DNA of 34,585 bases, from positions 1-34,585 of the forward strand of contig JBHLQH010000035.1 in assembly GCA_048884965.1 (NCBI GenBank). Reading direction: 5' to 3'. Below are positions 1 to 9,040 of the stretch, piece after piece. A model generated the notes under the pieces. The model did no database searches. It saw only the letters and a list, made by a program, of their open reading frames with translations, and was not told the DNA's origin. The first letter of the stretch is position 1, and each line of letters opens with the position of its first letter. This DNA comes from Candidatus Thorarchaeota archaeon (GTDB lineage: Archaea > Asgardarchaeota > Thorarchaeia > Thorarchaeales > Thorarchaeaceae). Made by a program: the position numbers and the translations under genes.

Positions 1-37
1 GAGAGATTCAAAGAAGAAGGTATGAAATATACCTCCT

Positions 38-1030
38 CTATTCCTGTAGATGTTTGATGAGCAGGTCTACAATATCATAGGCCAGATGCGGATATTTCTC
101 ACAGAAGGTACTGGTAAATACCGTATTGGATGTCACTACCTTGCGAAGGCTCTTCTGCACAAGACTATCAAAGAGTTCCTCTCCATTCTCCGACACAGGA
201 GTCACATGCAATACGACAAGACCTACATCCTTGGCTCCTTGTTCTATGAGGATATCTCTAGATTTTAGGAGTGTGCTCCCACTTTTCGTAAGGTCATCTA
301 TGACAATCACGTTCTTTCCTTTGACATCAAGCTCTCCTGACAGCTCTATCGTGAAGGAGTCCGCTCGTTGCTTCTGTAGGCCTGGTACGCCGAATCTGCT
401 CTGAGCTCCCTCATCTGGTCCTACGAGTATGAAGTCATCGAAACCAAAGGTCCCAGCTCCAAAGCCAACTATCTGCTTCGTGATAGGAATCTCATAGTAC
501 AGACCACACTTAACCATCTCAGCAGCCCATTTGGTATCCGTTGTGACGACTGGGGCCACGAGCCAGAGCCTATCACATACCCCTGAAATCGCCTTGATCG
601 CATGATATGCAGCAGCCGTTTCGCCAGTCTTGAATGCCTTATCCTGCAACGCGTATGGTTGCATCGTCAGTACGACTTCCACCTTTGACGGAGGCTTGAT
701 GTCAGCGTATTCGTATTTCTTATGCCCTGTCTTTTCGACATTGACAGGCTGCCTGAGGATATTCAACAGAAGCATTAGCTCTTGGATCCGGTCTGCCGTA
801 GTGAACTGCTCTTCTTCCTGTGGTGAAGAACCTGTGCAGTTTTGGACCACCACGACACGTCTATCTGAGAATTGTGACACCTCGGACAATCGGACATAGA
901 GATCGGTATTGGGAAAGAACCTCTTGCCATCATGATTCGTATCAGATGTACAAACACGATATCCATGACTTTCCAGCTTCTCTTTGAGGTGTACCGCCCC
1001 ACTAGCCAGTATGAAATCGAACTCCATCAT
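38..1030 (-). CDS. Ribose-phosphate pyrophosphokinase-like / type I phosphoribosyltransferase family protein (divergent)
   Basis: Prs-like motifs: FPNTDLYVRL (cf. FPDGE.yvr), PYALQDKAFKTGE (cf. PYARQD), GPDEGA, and PRPP loop VIDDLTKSGSTL. Several canonical residues are substituted. Confidence 0.75.
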   Translation of the reverse strand: MMEFDFILASGAVHLKEKLESHGYRVCTSDTNHDGKRFFPNTDLYVRLSEVSQFSDRRVVVVQNCTGSSPQEEEQFTTADRIQELMLLLNILRQPVNVEKTGHKKYEYADIKPPSKVEVVLTMQPYALQDKAFKTGETAAAYHAIKAISGVCDRLWLVAPVVTTDTKWAAEMVKCGLYYEIPITKQIVGFGAGTFGFDDFILVGPDEGAQSRFGVPGLQKQRADSFTIELSGELDVKGKNVIVIDDLTKSGSTLLKSRDILIEQGAKDVGLVVLHVTPVSENGEELFDSLVQKSLRKVVTSNTVFTSTFCEKYPHLAYDIVDLLIKHLQE

Positions 1031-1057
1031 CGATCTAGAAACCCTCTTGATTCAACG

Positions 1058-1849
1058 TCATCCGAATATGAACTCAAAGATATTGTCAAGCATCATCATA
1101 ATCACGAAGCCAATCATGGTTCCCCATGTAGCGGCTCGTGAGTTGCCTGCCGCATGGCTTTCAGGTACCATTTCCTCTCCTACTACAAAAATCATTGCAC
1201 CTGCGGCAAATGCTAGACCATACGGAAGGAGGAATGCTGCCACAACGACAATTGAAACCCCAAGTAGCCCTCCGATGGGCTCAACCAATCCCGTCACAAG
1301 TGCCAAACCAGCAGCATATCTCTTTGAGTATCCCTCTCTCACTAATGGTGCTGCCACTGCAAGCCCCTCGGGGATATTCTGGAGACCTATTGCAACAGCT
1401 ACAGCAAGTCCTTCCGCAATATCTCCTACACCAAAAGAAACCCCAACTGCTAATCCTTCAGGAAAGTTGTGTATCGTAATGGCCAAAACGAGAAGCCACA
1501 CCTTAGCCATCGAGGATGAAGGACCTTCAGGCCCTTTCTTGAAGTGTTCGTGCGGAATATACTTGTCAGCAATGTGTATGAACAGCCCTCCGAGAACAAA
1601 GCCCAACGAAACCACTGTAATGACACCGACCCAATCCACAACCATCTCAAGCGCTGGCACGAGCAGACTGAAAGCTGATGCAGCAAGCATAACACCTGCT
1701 GCGAATCCAAGCATGATGTCCAAAGTTCGTCTTGAGAAATCTCCGCCTAGTAGAACAGGTATGGCTCCAAGACCGGTAGCTCCTCCAGCAATTAGGCTGG
1801 CCATGATACCAAGTGAAACAGGATCAGTGAATAGCTGCATCTCGAACAC
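1058..1849 (-). CDS. ZIP family divalent metal transporter (ZupT/GufA-like)
   Basis: About 8 hydrophobic segments; ZIP signatures ITIHNFPEGLAVG and LQNIPEGLAV; short His motif PHEH; C-terminal EEMVPESH. Confidence 0.93.
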   Translation of the reverse strand: MFEMQLFTDPVSLGIMASLIAGGATGLGAIPVLLGGDFSRRTLDIMLGFAAGVMLAASAFSLLVPALEMVVDWVGVITVVSLGFVLGGLFIHIADKYIPHEHFKKGPEGPSSSMAKVWLLVLAITIHNFPEGLAVGVSFGVGDIAEGLAVAVAIGLQNIPEGLAVAAPLVREGYSKRYAAGLALVTGLVEPIGGLLGVSIVVVAAFLLPYGLAFAAGAMIFVVGEEMVPESHAAGNSRAATWGTMIGFVIMMMLDNIFEFIFG

Positions 1850-1916
1850 TCCTCAGAGCTTTCTGAGCGAATACTATCCGTTCCTTATCATACTTGCTGT
1901 TTGCTTGGGTTCCATT

Positions 1917-2285
1917 TCACCCATAGGGTCGTTCGCTGGGTGATTTGCGCGTTGTGAAGGAGGCACCATCAGCCTTCATCAGTGCTTGCTCAATCTCTCG
2001 CTTCGCCCAGTTCTCTGCAGCGTTCTCCGCTCCAAGGATGTCAAGTCGGAGGAATCCCTCTCGTCCTCCTGCGGCCACAATCGTAATCACAATGTCTTGT
2101 AGGTCAATCCTAGATTCAACAGTGACAGTCACTGTGAGTGTCTGACCATTACGTAGCATATACTTGTCACGCAAGAATACAGATAGTGATCCATCTTCGA
2201 ATTCCCAAGTTTTGGCCATCTTGTTGGCAAAGCCTCTATGTAGGAAATTTAGAAGCGATTGTAGACTATGACTTCTAGCTCGCAT
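1917..2285 (-). CDS. Hypothetical protein, DUF6054-like
   Basis: The pattern KYMLRNGQTLTVTVTV...IVAAGGREGFLRLDILGAE resembles DUF6054 proteins as I recall them. Co-directional with the ZIP gene. Confidence 0.55.
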   Translation of the reverse strand: MRARSHSLQSLLNFLHRGFANKMAKTWEFEDGSLSVFLRDKYMLRNGQTLTVTVTVESRIDLQDIVITIVAAGGREGFLRLDILGAENAAENWAKREIEQALMKADGASFTTRKSPSERPYG

Positions 2286-2371
2286 TTCGATTGGAATTGT
2301 TGTTCCCTCAACTACTATTCTATGAAAAGGTCTGCCTGAACGAAATTAAAGCTTCACACGTAAGTAATATG

Positions 2372-2389
2372 TTAGAACACGTGTTCTAA
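2372..2389. promoter_or_regulatory. Perfect 18-bp palindrome TTAGAACACGTGTTCTAA, candidate operator between divergent genes
   Basis: Exact inverted repeat in the AT-rich 2286-2447 intergenic region, with an extra half-site GTGTTCT at 2401-2407. Confidence 0.5.
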
Positions 2390-2447
2390 ATATCAAATCG
2401 GTGTTCTCAAATTGTGACCCGCTTTTAAATTAGAAAAAGAACATCGG

Positions 2448-3230
2448 ATGATTACGATGACGATAACAGAGTACACAGGCGACTTTTCAAGACTTACAGT
2501 GCTCTTTACTGAACACCGCCGAAGGAAACCGATGATTGATTTCTGTCTACGTCAATCCAAGGGTCGGATGCTAGTCGATTCCACTGAATCTCCCACATCA
2601 GCCCTACTGGTCTACAGGTCCGCTCATGTGATCGCAGGAGACATCACGAACCATGGATTCCTAGAGCCAGCTCTGTCGAATATTCCCAGGAATATCTGGG
2701 GGCTAATGATTCCAAATGAGGAATGGATCCCCCTTCTCACCAAGTATTGGAAGCATGGATTTGAAACCATCAAGCGTATAGAGCTAGCCTCTGATAGACT
2801 TGAACTATCCCATTTGATGAAATATACAGAAGTCCCTGAAGGATATTCACTCCAGAGATTCGGAAAACAGCATATCTTGAACATCCATATGGACCTCCTT
2901 TATGATGCCATCATTGATTTTGAGTCCTTCAAGAATTTCGAAAAAGAAGGCTTGGCTTTCTGTGTCGTCAAGGATACTGAAGATAGCAAGATCATCAGCA
3001 TTGCATCATCAGTATATCCATTTACCACTGAACTGGAAATTCAGGTAAAGACGCATCCTGAATACCGTCGTCAAGGATTCGCACTCTCTTCTTCTGCAGC
3101 CCTCATAGAGTATTGCATCAGGAACGATGTGAAGGTCTATGTCGATGCCGCTCATGACGGTTCACGTGATATGGCACTGAAACTTGGCTTCTCCAATCCA
3201 GAGGAATGGAATGTCTACAAACCCATGTGA
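2448..3230 (+). CDS. GNAT family N-acetyltransferase
   Basis: C-terminal acetyl-CoA binding motif EIQVKTHPEYRRQGFA and DAAHDGSRDMALKLGF. Confidence 0.88.
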   Translation: MITMTITEYTGDFSRLTVLFTEHRRRKPMIDFCLRQSKGRMLVDSTESPTSALLVYRSAHVIAGDITNHGFLEPALSNIPRNIWGLMIPNEEWIPLLTKYWKHGFETIKRIELASDRLELSHLMKYTEVPEGYSLQRFGKQHILNIHMDLLYDAIIDFESFKNFEKEGLAFCVVKDTEDSKIISIASSVYPFTTELEIQVKTHPEYRRQGFALSSSAALIEYCIRNDVKVYVDAAHDGSRDMALKLGFSNPEEWNVYKPM

Positions 3231-3250
3231 GAGAAGTCATCATTTTCCTG

Positions 3251-3481
3251 CTATGAAGGCATCTCAACTCGAAGATTATTGACCTCTTGAACTCTCTCCC
3301 GCATGAGGAGCAATAGTCCCACGACAAAGATCACAACACCTCCCACTATCCAGACATCTCCCCACAATCTACCACTAGTTGCAGATACCTGTCCATTCAA
3401 GATAACCATGAATACTCCTAAGAACATCATGAAATGGATATAGCGTCTTCTTTGCCACTCAGGACTTCCATATCGTACCAT
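3251..3481 (-). CDS. Small two-TM membrane protein (76 aa)
   Basis: Probable start ATG 3481 (MVRYGSPEWQRRRY), followed by two hydrophobic helices. The longer track ORF overlaps the start region of the divergent neighbour. Confidence 0.55.
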   Translation of the reverse strand: MVRYGSPEWQRRRYIHFMMFLGVFMVILNGQVSATSGRLWGDVWIVGGVVIFVVGLLLLMRERVQEVNNLRVEMPS

Positions 3482-3597
3482 GGCACGTTTCTCCTGTTGT
3501 AGAACCAAAAACGAGATTGAATAAACCTTCACATCCCGAATCGATAATAACATCAAATATACAAAAGACACAAAATAGAATACCCATTACCTACTCG

Positions 3598-4116
3598 ATG
3601 TTCACAATGACTTCAGAATCAAGTAGCTTCTCATGGAAAGGGTTAGTAGCACTCATCGTCATTCTCATTATAGTGAGTGTTGTTGCATTTGTGCTGTCAA
3701 GTATCGAGAGCTTTCTTGCTGGTGTAATTGTACTATTCATAGGTTTTCTACTTAGCTTCTTCAGAGATGATTTGAAACGAGCGCTTGGTCTGGCATCACA
3801 ACATAGAGAGTCGACACCTCCAATGGATGTCGAAGAAGAGCCTCTGGATAAACTGGACAAGATGATTCTCTTGGATCTGGACAAGAAAATTGCCAAGGAG
3901 CGACAGAATATCGCCAAGCTGATCTCCAAGTATGAGGAGAAGCCAAAGAAACAGGATAAGATTGGAGTTCAAATCGTGGAAGAAGCCACAACGTTGCTCG
4001 CTTTGCTAGATCGAGCAAAGGCTCAAGCGATCCAAATAGATGAATCTCAATTAGTTCAGCATTATGAGAGCATTGCATCTGATGTTGAGAAGATACGTGA
4101 AGCGTATCGAAAGTAG
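3598..4116 (+). CDS. Hypothetical membrane protein, two N-terminal TM helices plus a helical/coiled-coil C-terminus
   Basis: Hydrophobic WKGLVALIVILII...GFLLSFF followed by a charged helical region. Start is ATG 3598 or 3607. Confidence 0.7.
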   Translation: MFTMTSESSSFSWKGLVALIVILIIVSVVAFVLSSIESFLAGVIVLFIGFLLSFFRDDLKRALGLASQHRESTPPMDVEEEPLDKLDKMILLDLDKKIAKERQNIAKLISKYEEKPKKQDKIGVQIVEEATTLLALLDRAKAQAIQIDESQLVQHYESIASDVEKIREAYRK

Positions 4117-4136
4117 GTTCTGGATTGCTTCTGACA

Positions 4137-4298
4137 CTATTTTTCAAGCCATTCACTGTCTGTATCCATTCCAACACTCCTTCTGTTTCTGAGATATAGG
4201 ATACACACCAATAGCACGATAGCCAAGAGGATAATAAGAGGGTAATTCAGTATGACTTGTGGTTGAGGAGATGTAGGAATCTGTAGTGATGTAAACAT
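4137..4298 (-). CDS. Putative small single-pass membrane protein (53 aa)
   Basis: MFTSLQIPTSPQPQVILNYPLIILLAIVLLVCILYLRNRR: a TM helix followed by basic residues. The longer track ORF runs into the tRNA. Confidence 0.4.
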   Translation of the reverse strand: MFTSLQIPTSPQPQVILNYPLIILLAIVLLVCILYLRNRRSVGMDTDSEWLEK

Positions 4299-4376
4299 AG
4301 TCGCATCATGACCTATTTCCAATGCTGAGCATTTAGGTCTTGTCAAATCACAGAATCTACACATGTTAGCAAGGAA

Positions 4377-4483
4377 TGGTGGGCCCGCGGAGATTTGAAC
4401 TCCGGACCGTTCCCCTGCCCAATGGAAATCATTAGGCATACAGGTTATGAGCCTGCTGCTCTACCAAGCTGAGCTACGGGCCC
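4377..4483 (-). tRNA. tRNA-Ile2 (anticodon CAT; tRNA-Met not excluded) with a 30-nt intron at position 43/44 and encoded CCA
   Basis: GGGCCCG acceptor stem, D-arm GCTC/GAGC, anticodon arm GCAGG-CTCATAA-CCTGT, T-arm CGGAG-TTCAAAT-CTCCG, then CGGGCCC-A-CCA. Removing 4410-4439 gives a 77-nt cloverleaf. Confidence 0.92.
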
Positions 4484-4521
4484 TTTGTCTATGAAAGGAC
4501 AGACGACTTGCTTTGTATTTG

Positions 4522-4530
4522 AGTTATTAA
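4522..4530 (-). promoter_or_regulatory. Putative TATA box of the tRNA(CAT) gene
   Basis: TTAATAACT on the minus strand 38 nt upstream of the tRNA. The same 9-mer precedes tRNA-Glu. Confidence 0.45.
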
Positions 4531-4716
4531 AGTTACGTCAAGTACAATTAGCTAGCAATCCTTTGAATCGGAACCTCCTCTGAAATCGTCTATGTTCAGA
4601 GTTCCCTTCAAATATCGTATCTAGCCTGCAACTCATCTGCGTCATACTCACTCTTTTGTTCTGACTTTAAATTACCATCTTACGACGACCCTTAGACGAC
4701 CGGAGTTGCGAGAATA

Positions 4717-5079
4717 GTGATCTTCCTCTTCACCTCTGAGAAATGCACTTGGTGTGATGTAGTCAAGAGGATGTTAGAGGAAGAGATTGAATCTTTCATT
4801 TTACCATCTGATATTTACGAGGTCGATATTGAGAGATACAAACACATCGCCGAAGCCTACGGTGTCATGGTAGTTCCAACCCTCGTAGCTGGCGGACACT
4901 CGATATCTGGGCTACCTACCGCCTCCGATCTGAGGACATTCCTCATGCAATCTTTCCCTGGCTTTACCGAATCTGATAGTGAGAAGAGTCGAAGAAAGGT
5001 GCTTCACAAGATGCAGAAGATGATGAAGGAGCAACGAGAGGAATTGGAACAGCGAATGGTGTCACCGCTCAAGAACTGA
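4717..5079 (+). CDS. Thioredoxin/glutaredoxin-like protein
   Basis: CTWC active-site motif, AEAYGVMVVPTL cis-Pro loop, and a basic/helical C-terminal extension. Confidence 0.85.
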   Translation: MIFLFTSEKCTWCDVVKRMLEEEIESFILPSDIYEVDIERYKHIAEAYGVMVVPTLVAGGHSISGLPTASDLRTFLMQSFPGFTESDSEKSRRKVLHKMQKMMKEQREELEQRMVSPLKN

Positions 5080-5106
5080 TTTTCAAAAAAGGACTCCTGC
5101 GCAATC

Positions 5107-5115
5107 TTAATAACT
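5107..5115 (+). promoter_or_regulatory. Putative TATA box of tRNA-Glu
   Basis: TTAATAACT ending 25 nt before the tRNA 5' end, which is typical archaeal spacing. Confidence 0.5.
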
Positions 5116-5140
5116 GGTCTGTCTGGTTCTCACGAACTAA

Positions 5141-5218
5141 GCCCCGGTAGTGTAGTCCGGCCCAGCATAAGGGACTTTCGATTCCTTGACCCGGGTTCGA
5201 ATCCCGGCCGGGGCACCA
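5141..5218 (+). tRNA. tRNA-Glu (TTC), intronless, encoded CCA
   Basis: GCCCCGG/CCGGGGC acceptor stem, anticodon arm AGGGA-CTTTCGA-TTCCT, T-arm CCGGG-TTCGAAT-CCCGG, then ACCA. Confidence 0.96.
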
Positions 5219-5251
5219 TCTTTGTCTACTTCTGACTATCCGAACAGGCTC

Positions 5252-6130
5252 TCAATTCAGGCTTATTCGCATATTGAAGTCTGCAGCCTTGTAGGAATGA
5301 GTAAGAGAACCTGATGAGATGATGTCTATACCACAGGCCGCATAGTCTGCTGCATTGTTCTCATCCATCCCCCCTGACGCTTCCAACAGGACTTTCTCTC
5401 GTAGTCCCTTATCCTTAAGTTTCTGAACGAACTCTCTCATAGCATCAGGCTTGAAATTGTCAAGTAAGATGATATCAGCTCCAGCGCTAACCGCCTCCAT
5501 TCCTTCACTCATGTTCCTCGCCTCGCAAGAGATCTTCTTCGAGAATGAAACAGCCCTCTTTGCCATTTGAATGGCTGTCGTGACGCTTCCCACTACATCG
5601 ACATGATTGTTCTTGATTAGTACCATGTCATCGAGTGCGTATCTATGAGGGTCTCCACCTCCAATCTGAACCGCCCTTTTCTCGAAATATCTGAAGCCTG
5701 GGGTCGTCTTGCGAGTCGCAGCCACGATCACATGAGGATTCTTCTCTCGGGCCTTCTTCACCATATTGTAGGTCTTTGTAGCTATTCCGCTCATACGTTG
5801 AACAATATTCAGACAGACCCTTTCAATGACGAGAAGGATCTTAGCAGCTCCAAAGATACGCATCACCGGCTGCCCTGGCTCAACCCAATTGCCCTCATAG
5901 ACCAAGACCTCATATGTAAGACCTTGGAGGTCCGCAATCGCAATGACCTCTTCGATGCCTGCCAATATCGACTTGCTCTTTGAGAATATCGTTGCTGTTG
6001 CGTCTCCACTTAGTGGTTCCATGGCATTAGTTGTGATGTCCCCTGAACGAATATCCTCTTCTAGGAATCCTTCTAGTTGTTTGATAACCTCTGGAGGTGG
6101 TCGATTTATTTTTCGCATTTCGCTCAACAC
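5252..6130 (-). CDS. nadC: Nicotinate-nucleotide diphosphorylase (carboxylating), quinolinate phosphoribosyltransferase
   Basis: EDIRSGDITT, ERVCLN..QRMSGIAT, ATRKTTPG, HRYALDDMVLIKNNH, ILLDN, EASGG. Confidence 0.97.
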   Translation of the reverse strand: MLSEMRKINRPPPEVIKQLEGFLEEDIRSGDITTNAMEPLSGDATATIFSKSKSILAGIEEVIAIADLQGLTYEVLVYEGNWVEPGQPVMRIFGAAKILLVIERVCLNIVQRMSGIATKTYNMVKKAREKNPHVIVAATRKTTPGFRYFEKRAVQIGGGDPHRYALDDMVLIKNNHVDVVGSVTTAIQMAKRAVSFSKKISCEARNMSEGMEAVSAGADIILLDNFKPDAMREFVQKLKDKGLREKVLLEASGGMDENNAADYAACGIDIISSGSLTHSYKAADFNMRISLN

Positions 6131-6771
6131 CTTGGATGACTTGGATTACGAATAACATTCCCTCGAGGTACTTCCTCACCAAATATCTCAGCTTGGAACG
6201 CCATAAACTCTGTGTCAAGGTCCTTCCATGCATTGAGTGGCAATCCTGCCTTATTGCAGGTATGTTCTAGGAACTCTTTCACATTCCATTTCCACTCTAC
6301 AGGTACCTGTGGAAGCAACAGACCCCGGAACATCCCTCGTGATACAATAAGGCCATCTCTCCCAATCTCTATCATGCGCAGAAGGTCATTTGGATTCGAA
6401 TAGTCAAGCTTCTCAGGAGGTGTCAGAACGCTCAATTCGACTAGTATCGAGTCAAGCTCCTCTTTTGAAACTCTTCGAAAACGTGGGTCATTCACTGCTG
6501 CGTCTACAGCAGAATCGATAACAGCTTCGACGAGGGGCTGTCTTGGGTACGGCCGCCCTATACAGCCTCTGAGACTGACATGGTCCCTCACCATGGAGTT
6601 AAGGGTCACAAAGACTCCAGAGTCCCTCTTGAGATGCTCAGGAGTGTCTTCTGGTACATCGGGCTTTTCCTTACTCGTCACAAACGAATCGACAGTGGAC
6701 CTAGCTAATTTCACAAGGAAGATTCCATCTTCGTCTGAATATACATGCACCAACGCAATCAACAACCTCAC
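6124..6771 (-). CDS. AMMECR1 domain protein (TIGR00296-like)
   Basis: GVFVTL...LRGCIG, AAVNDPRF, ELSVLT, GRDGL, GLLLPQV, KAGL. The true start may be GTG at 6750. Confidence 0.93.
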   Translation of the reverse strand: MRLLIALVHVYSDEDGIFLVKLARSTVDSFVTSKEKPDVPEDTPEHLKRDSGVFVTLNSMVRDHVSLRGCIGRPYPRQPLVEAVIDSAVDAAVNDPRFRRVSKEELDSILVELSVLTPPEKLDYSNPNDLLRMIEIGRDGLIVSRGMFRGLLLPQVPVEWKWNVKEFLEHTCNKAGLPLNAWKDLDTEFMAFQAEIFGEEVPRGNVIRNPSHPRC

Positions 6772-6787
6772 AATAGGTCATTCTAGG

Positions 6788-8125
6788 TTATGTGTTTCGT
6801 GGTTGGATAAGAGCTCTTACAGGTACGGTTCCCACATGTCCCGGACCAACCATGAAACGTCCTTCTGTCTGGACGATATTTCCGCCGACGATCGTCATCA
6901 TCGGTCGCGCCTTGACCTCCCATCCTTCGAAAGGAGTGTATTTGGCTTTAGAGTGAAATTTGTCGCCCTTTATCGTCCATGATTCTTTTGAGATTACGAC
7001 AATATCCGCATCAAAGCCCTTGCTCAGCACTCCCTTCCCTACCAATCCCAAGATATTCGCAGGCCCTGAACTGCACATCCGCAGATACTCCACCCATGGT
7101 ATTCGCCCTTCAAAGACCTCAGTGAGGATGAGGGGTAATGTGGTCTCTAGACCTGGGATCCCAGAGCTAGCAGACAGAAAGGGGGCTTTCTTCTCCTCGG
7201 ATGTATGTGGGGCGTGATCCGATGCTACAATATCAATCCCACACTTACAGAGAGCATCCTTCAACACCTGCGTATCATATGGTGAGCGAAGGGGAGGCAG
7301 CACCTTCGCAAGACCATCCTCATTGCCAAAGTTCTCTCCAGACAGGAATAGATGATGAGGTGTCACTTCCGCTGTCAGTCGTTCTTCTGCTCTATTATTG
7401 ATAATGAGCCGCACTGCTGCTGCACAGCTTACATGGCAGACATGCAGTCTTCCCCCGATTTGACGATGAGCCTCTATGAACTTGGATATTGAAACGACCT
7501 CGCTCTCGCATGAATGAATCTCGAAGAAATCGCTTACACTGTTCGTCTTTGTTTTCGGATGTGTGGCATCAGGATGGAACAAGAGTGGCACTTTCAAGGC
7601 TTTTGCTAGCTTTAGTGATGATCGGATTCTGTCCTCATCATATCTCACACCTTCCACAAGTGGCGAATGTGGATAGGCTTTCAATCCCACTATGTCCTTT
7701 GCAATCGTTTCCGTTACCGTCGATAGATCCTTTGGGAGCCCTGAATAGAATCCGACATTGACATAGCGTTTTCGCCTAGCGCTCTCAATCTTCTCATCCA
7801 AGACCTCACGGCTTATCGTTGGCGGCTGCGAGTTGGGCATATCAACAACTGTCGTGACTCCTCCCACTGCTGCAGCCTTGGTCCCACTTGAGTAGTCTTC
7901 TTTTACTGATTGCTTTAGATCTCGTAGATGCACATGGATATCAATAGCTCCTGGAAGAACATATTTCCCCTCGCAATCTATCACGATTTCAGATTGAGGT
8001 TCCAAGCCTCGTTCATAGAGTCCTTCGATTTTTCCTGTCTTTATCGCAATTGATCGAATCGCCTCTTTTCCTTGGAGTATCACAATGCCATTTCTTAGTA
8101 AGAGGTCTACAGACACAGCAATCAT
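6788..8125 (-). CDS. pyrC: Dihydroorotase (amidohydrolase superfamily)
   Basis: PGAIDIHVHLRD, GGVTTVVDMPN, HVCHVS, EVTPHHL, PPLRS, SDHAPH, GIPGLET. Confidence 0.85.
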   Translation of the reverse strand: MIAVSVDLLLRNGIVILQGKEAIRSIAIKTGKIEGLYERGLEPQSEIVIDCEGKYVLPGAIDIHVHLRDLKQSVKEDYSSGTKAAAVGGVTTVVDMPNSQPPTISREVLDEKIESARRKRYVNVGFYSGLPKDLSTVTETIAKDIVGLKAYPHSPLVEGVRYDEDRIRSSLKLAKALKVPLLFHPDATHPKTKTNSVSDFFEIHSCESEVVSISKFIEAHRQIGGRLHVCHVSCAAAVRLIINNRAEERLTAEVTPHHLFLSGENFGNEDGLAKVLPPLRSPYDTQVLKDALCKCGIDIVASDHAPHTSEEKKAPFLSASSGIPGLETTLPLILTEVFEGRIPWVEYLRMCSSGPANILGLVGKGVLSKGFDADIVVISKESWTIKGDKFHSKAKYTPFEGWEVKARPMMTIVGGNIVQTEGRFMVGPGHVGTVPVRALIQPRNT

Positions 8126-8155
8126 CGCCTTAGGGCGATGTGACTCTTAGGAGAG

Positions 8156-8974
8156 TCAATCACCTTTTTCAGGAATCCTAAACTTATTAGATGCAAAGCG
8201 TGTGAAGTCTGTTGCGCTTATGACTCCGATGAGCATATTTCCTTCTCCTACGACAGGAAGGGCATTGAGACCAGACTCAAGCATCATTTTTGCCGCTTCG
8301 GAGATGGAAGTACCTAGTTGCACCAAAGGGGGCTGTTGGATCATGGCATCCACAACTCGTAGTAATCTAATCTGATTTGATCTGTGCTTATCAGGAACCT
8401 CAGAGCTAAAGCGCGCCATAGCCTCTGCAACAGTTCGTTCTGTAAGGACTCCGAGGACTCGACGACCATCAGTAACAGGTAATCCTGAGTACCCGCCATT
8501 GAGCATCTCAAGTCGAGCCTTTATCAGGCGCTCTGCAGGATTGACCGTCATTAGCCCTTCAGTAGTCATTATTGTATCGACTTTGATGTCAGTGAACTTC
8601 TCTACAAGTTCAGTAATCTGTTTCTTGGTAACTAGACCAACTAGCTTCCCTTCCTTGTTCAAGACAGGACATCCACTCATTCCTCGTTCTACCATAAGAC
8701 TGGCGACTTGGGTCACTTCATCGCTTTCTGAAACTGAAATCACTGTATCACTCATAGCACTTGACACATGAAGTCTTCCGATTGATACGGCCACAACCTT
8801 ACCTACACCGAGTCTGTCCGCAATATCTGCATAGGTGAGAATCCCGATCACTTCTGTGCCTTGAACGACGACAAGCCTATCATAATTCTTCTTCTCCATC
8901 AGTTCCATGGCATAGGATAGTCTCTGATCTTTATCGATTGTTATTGGTTCGACCATAATCTGACTTATTTCCAA
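8156..8974 (-). CDS. CBS domain protein (four CBS repeats)
   Basis: Repeated CBS motifs (IGILTYADI, VGLVTKKQI, LGVLTERTV, IGVISATDF); TTG start after a GGAGG RBS. Confidence 0.92.
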   Translation of the reverse strand: MEISQIMVEPITIDKDQRLSYAMELMEKKNYDRLVVVQGTEVIGILTYADIADRLGVGKVVAVSIGRLHVSSAMSDTVISVSESDEVTQVASLMVERGMSGCPVLNKEGKLVGLVTKKQITELVEKFTDIKVDTIMTTEGLMTVNPAERLIKARLEMLNGGYSGLPVTDGRRVLGVLTERTVAEAMARFSSEVPDKHRSNQIRLLRVVDAMIQQPPLVQLGTSISEAAKMMLESGLNALPVVGEGNMLIGVISATDFTRFASNKFRIPEKGD

Positions 8975-9040
8975 AACATAGCCTCCTTTACGATATAATT
9001 GTTGTAACCGTTGATATAATATAATTTGGAAAGGGTAGTT

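Noticed and set aside
984-1943. 319-aa plus-strand ORF
   Set aside because: Antisense shadow of the ZIP transporter with S/T/P/A-rich composition and no recognisable motifs.
2353-2364. 12-mer TTCACACGTAAG repeated at 12185-12196
   Set aside because: One 12-bp match in 34 kb is expected by chance; the flanks do not extend it.
4299-4439. 5' part of the 100-aa ORF 4137..4439
   Set aside because: It begins inside the tRNA intron and runs through the tRNA 3' half; only the TM-encoding 3' part is plausible.
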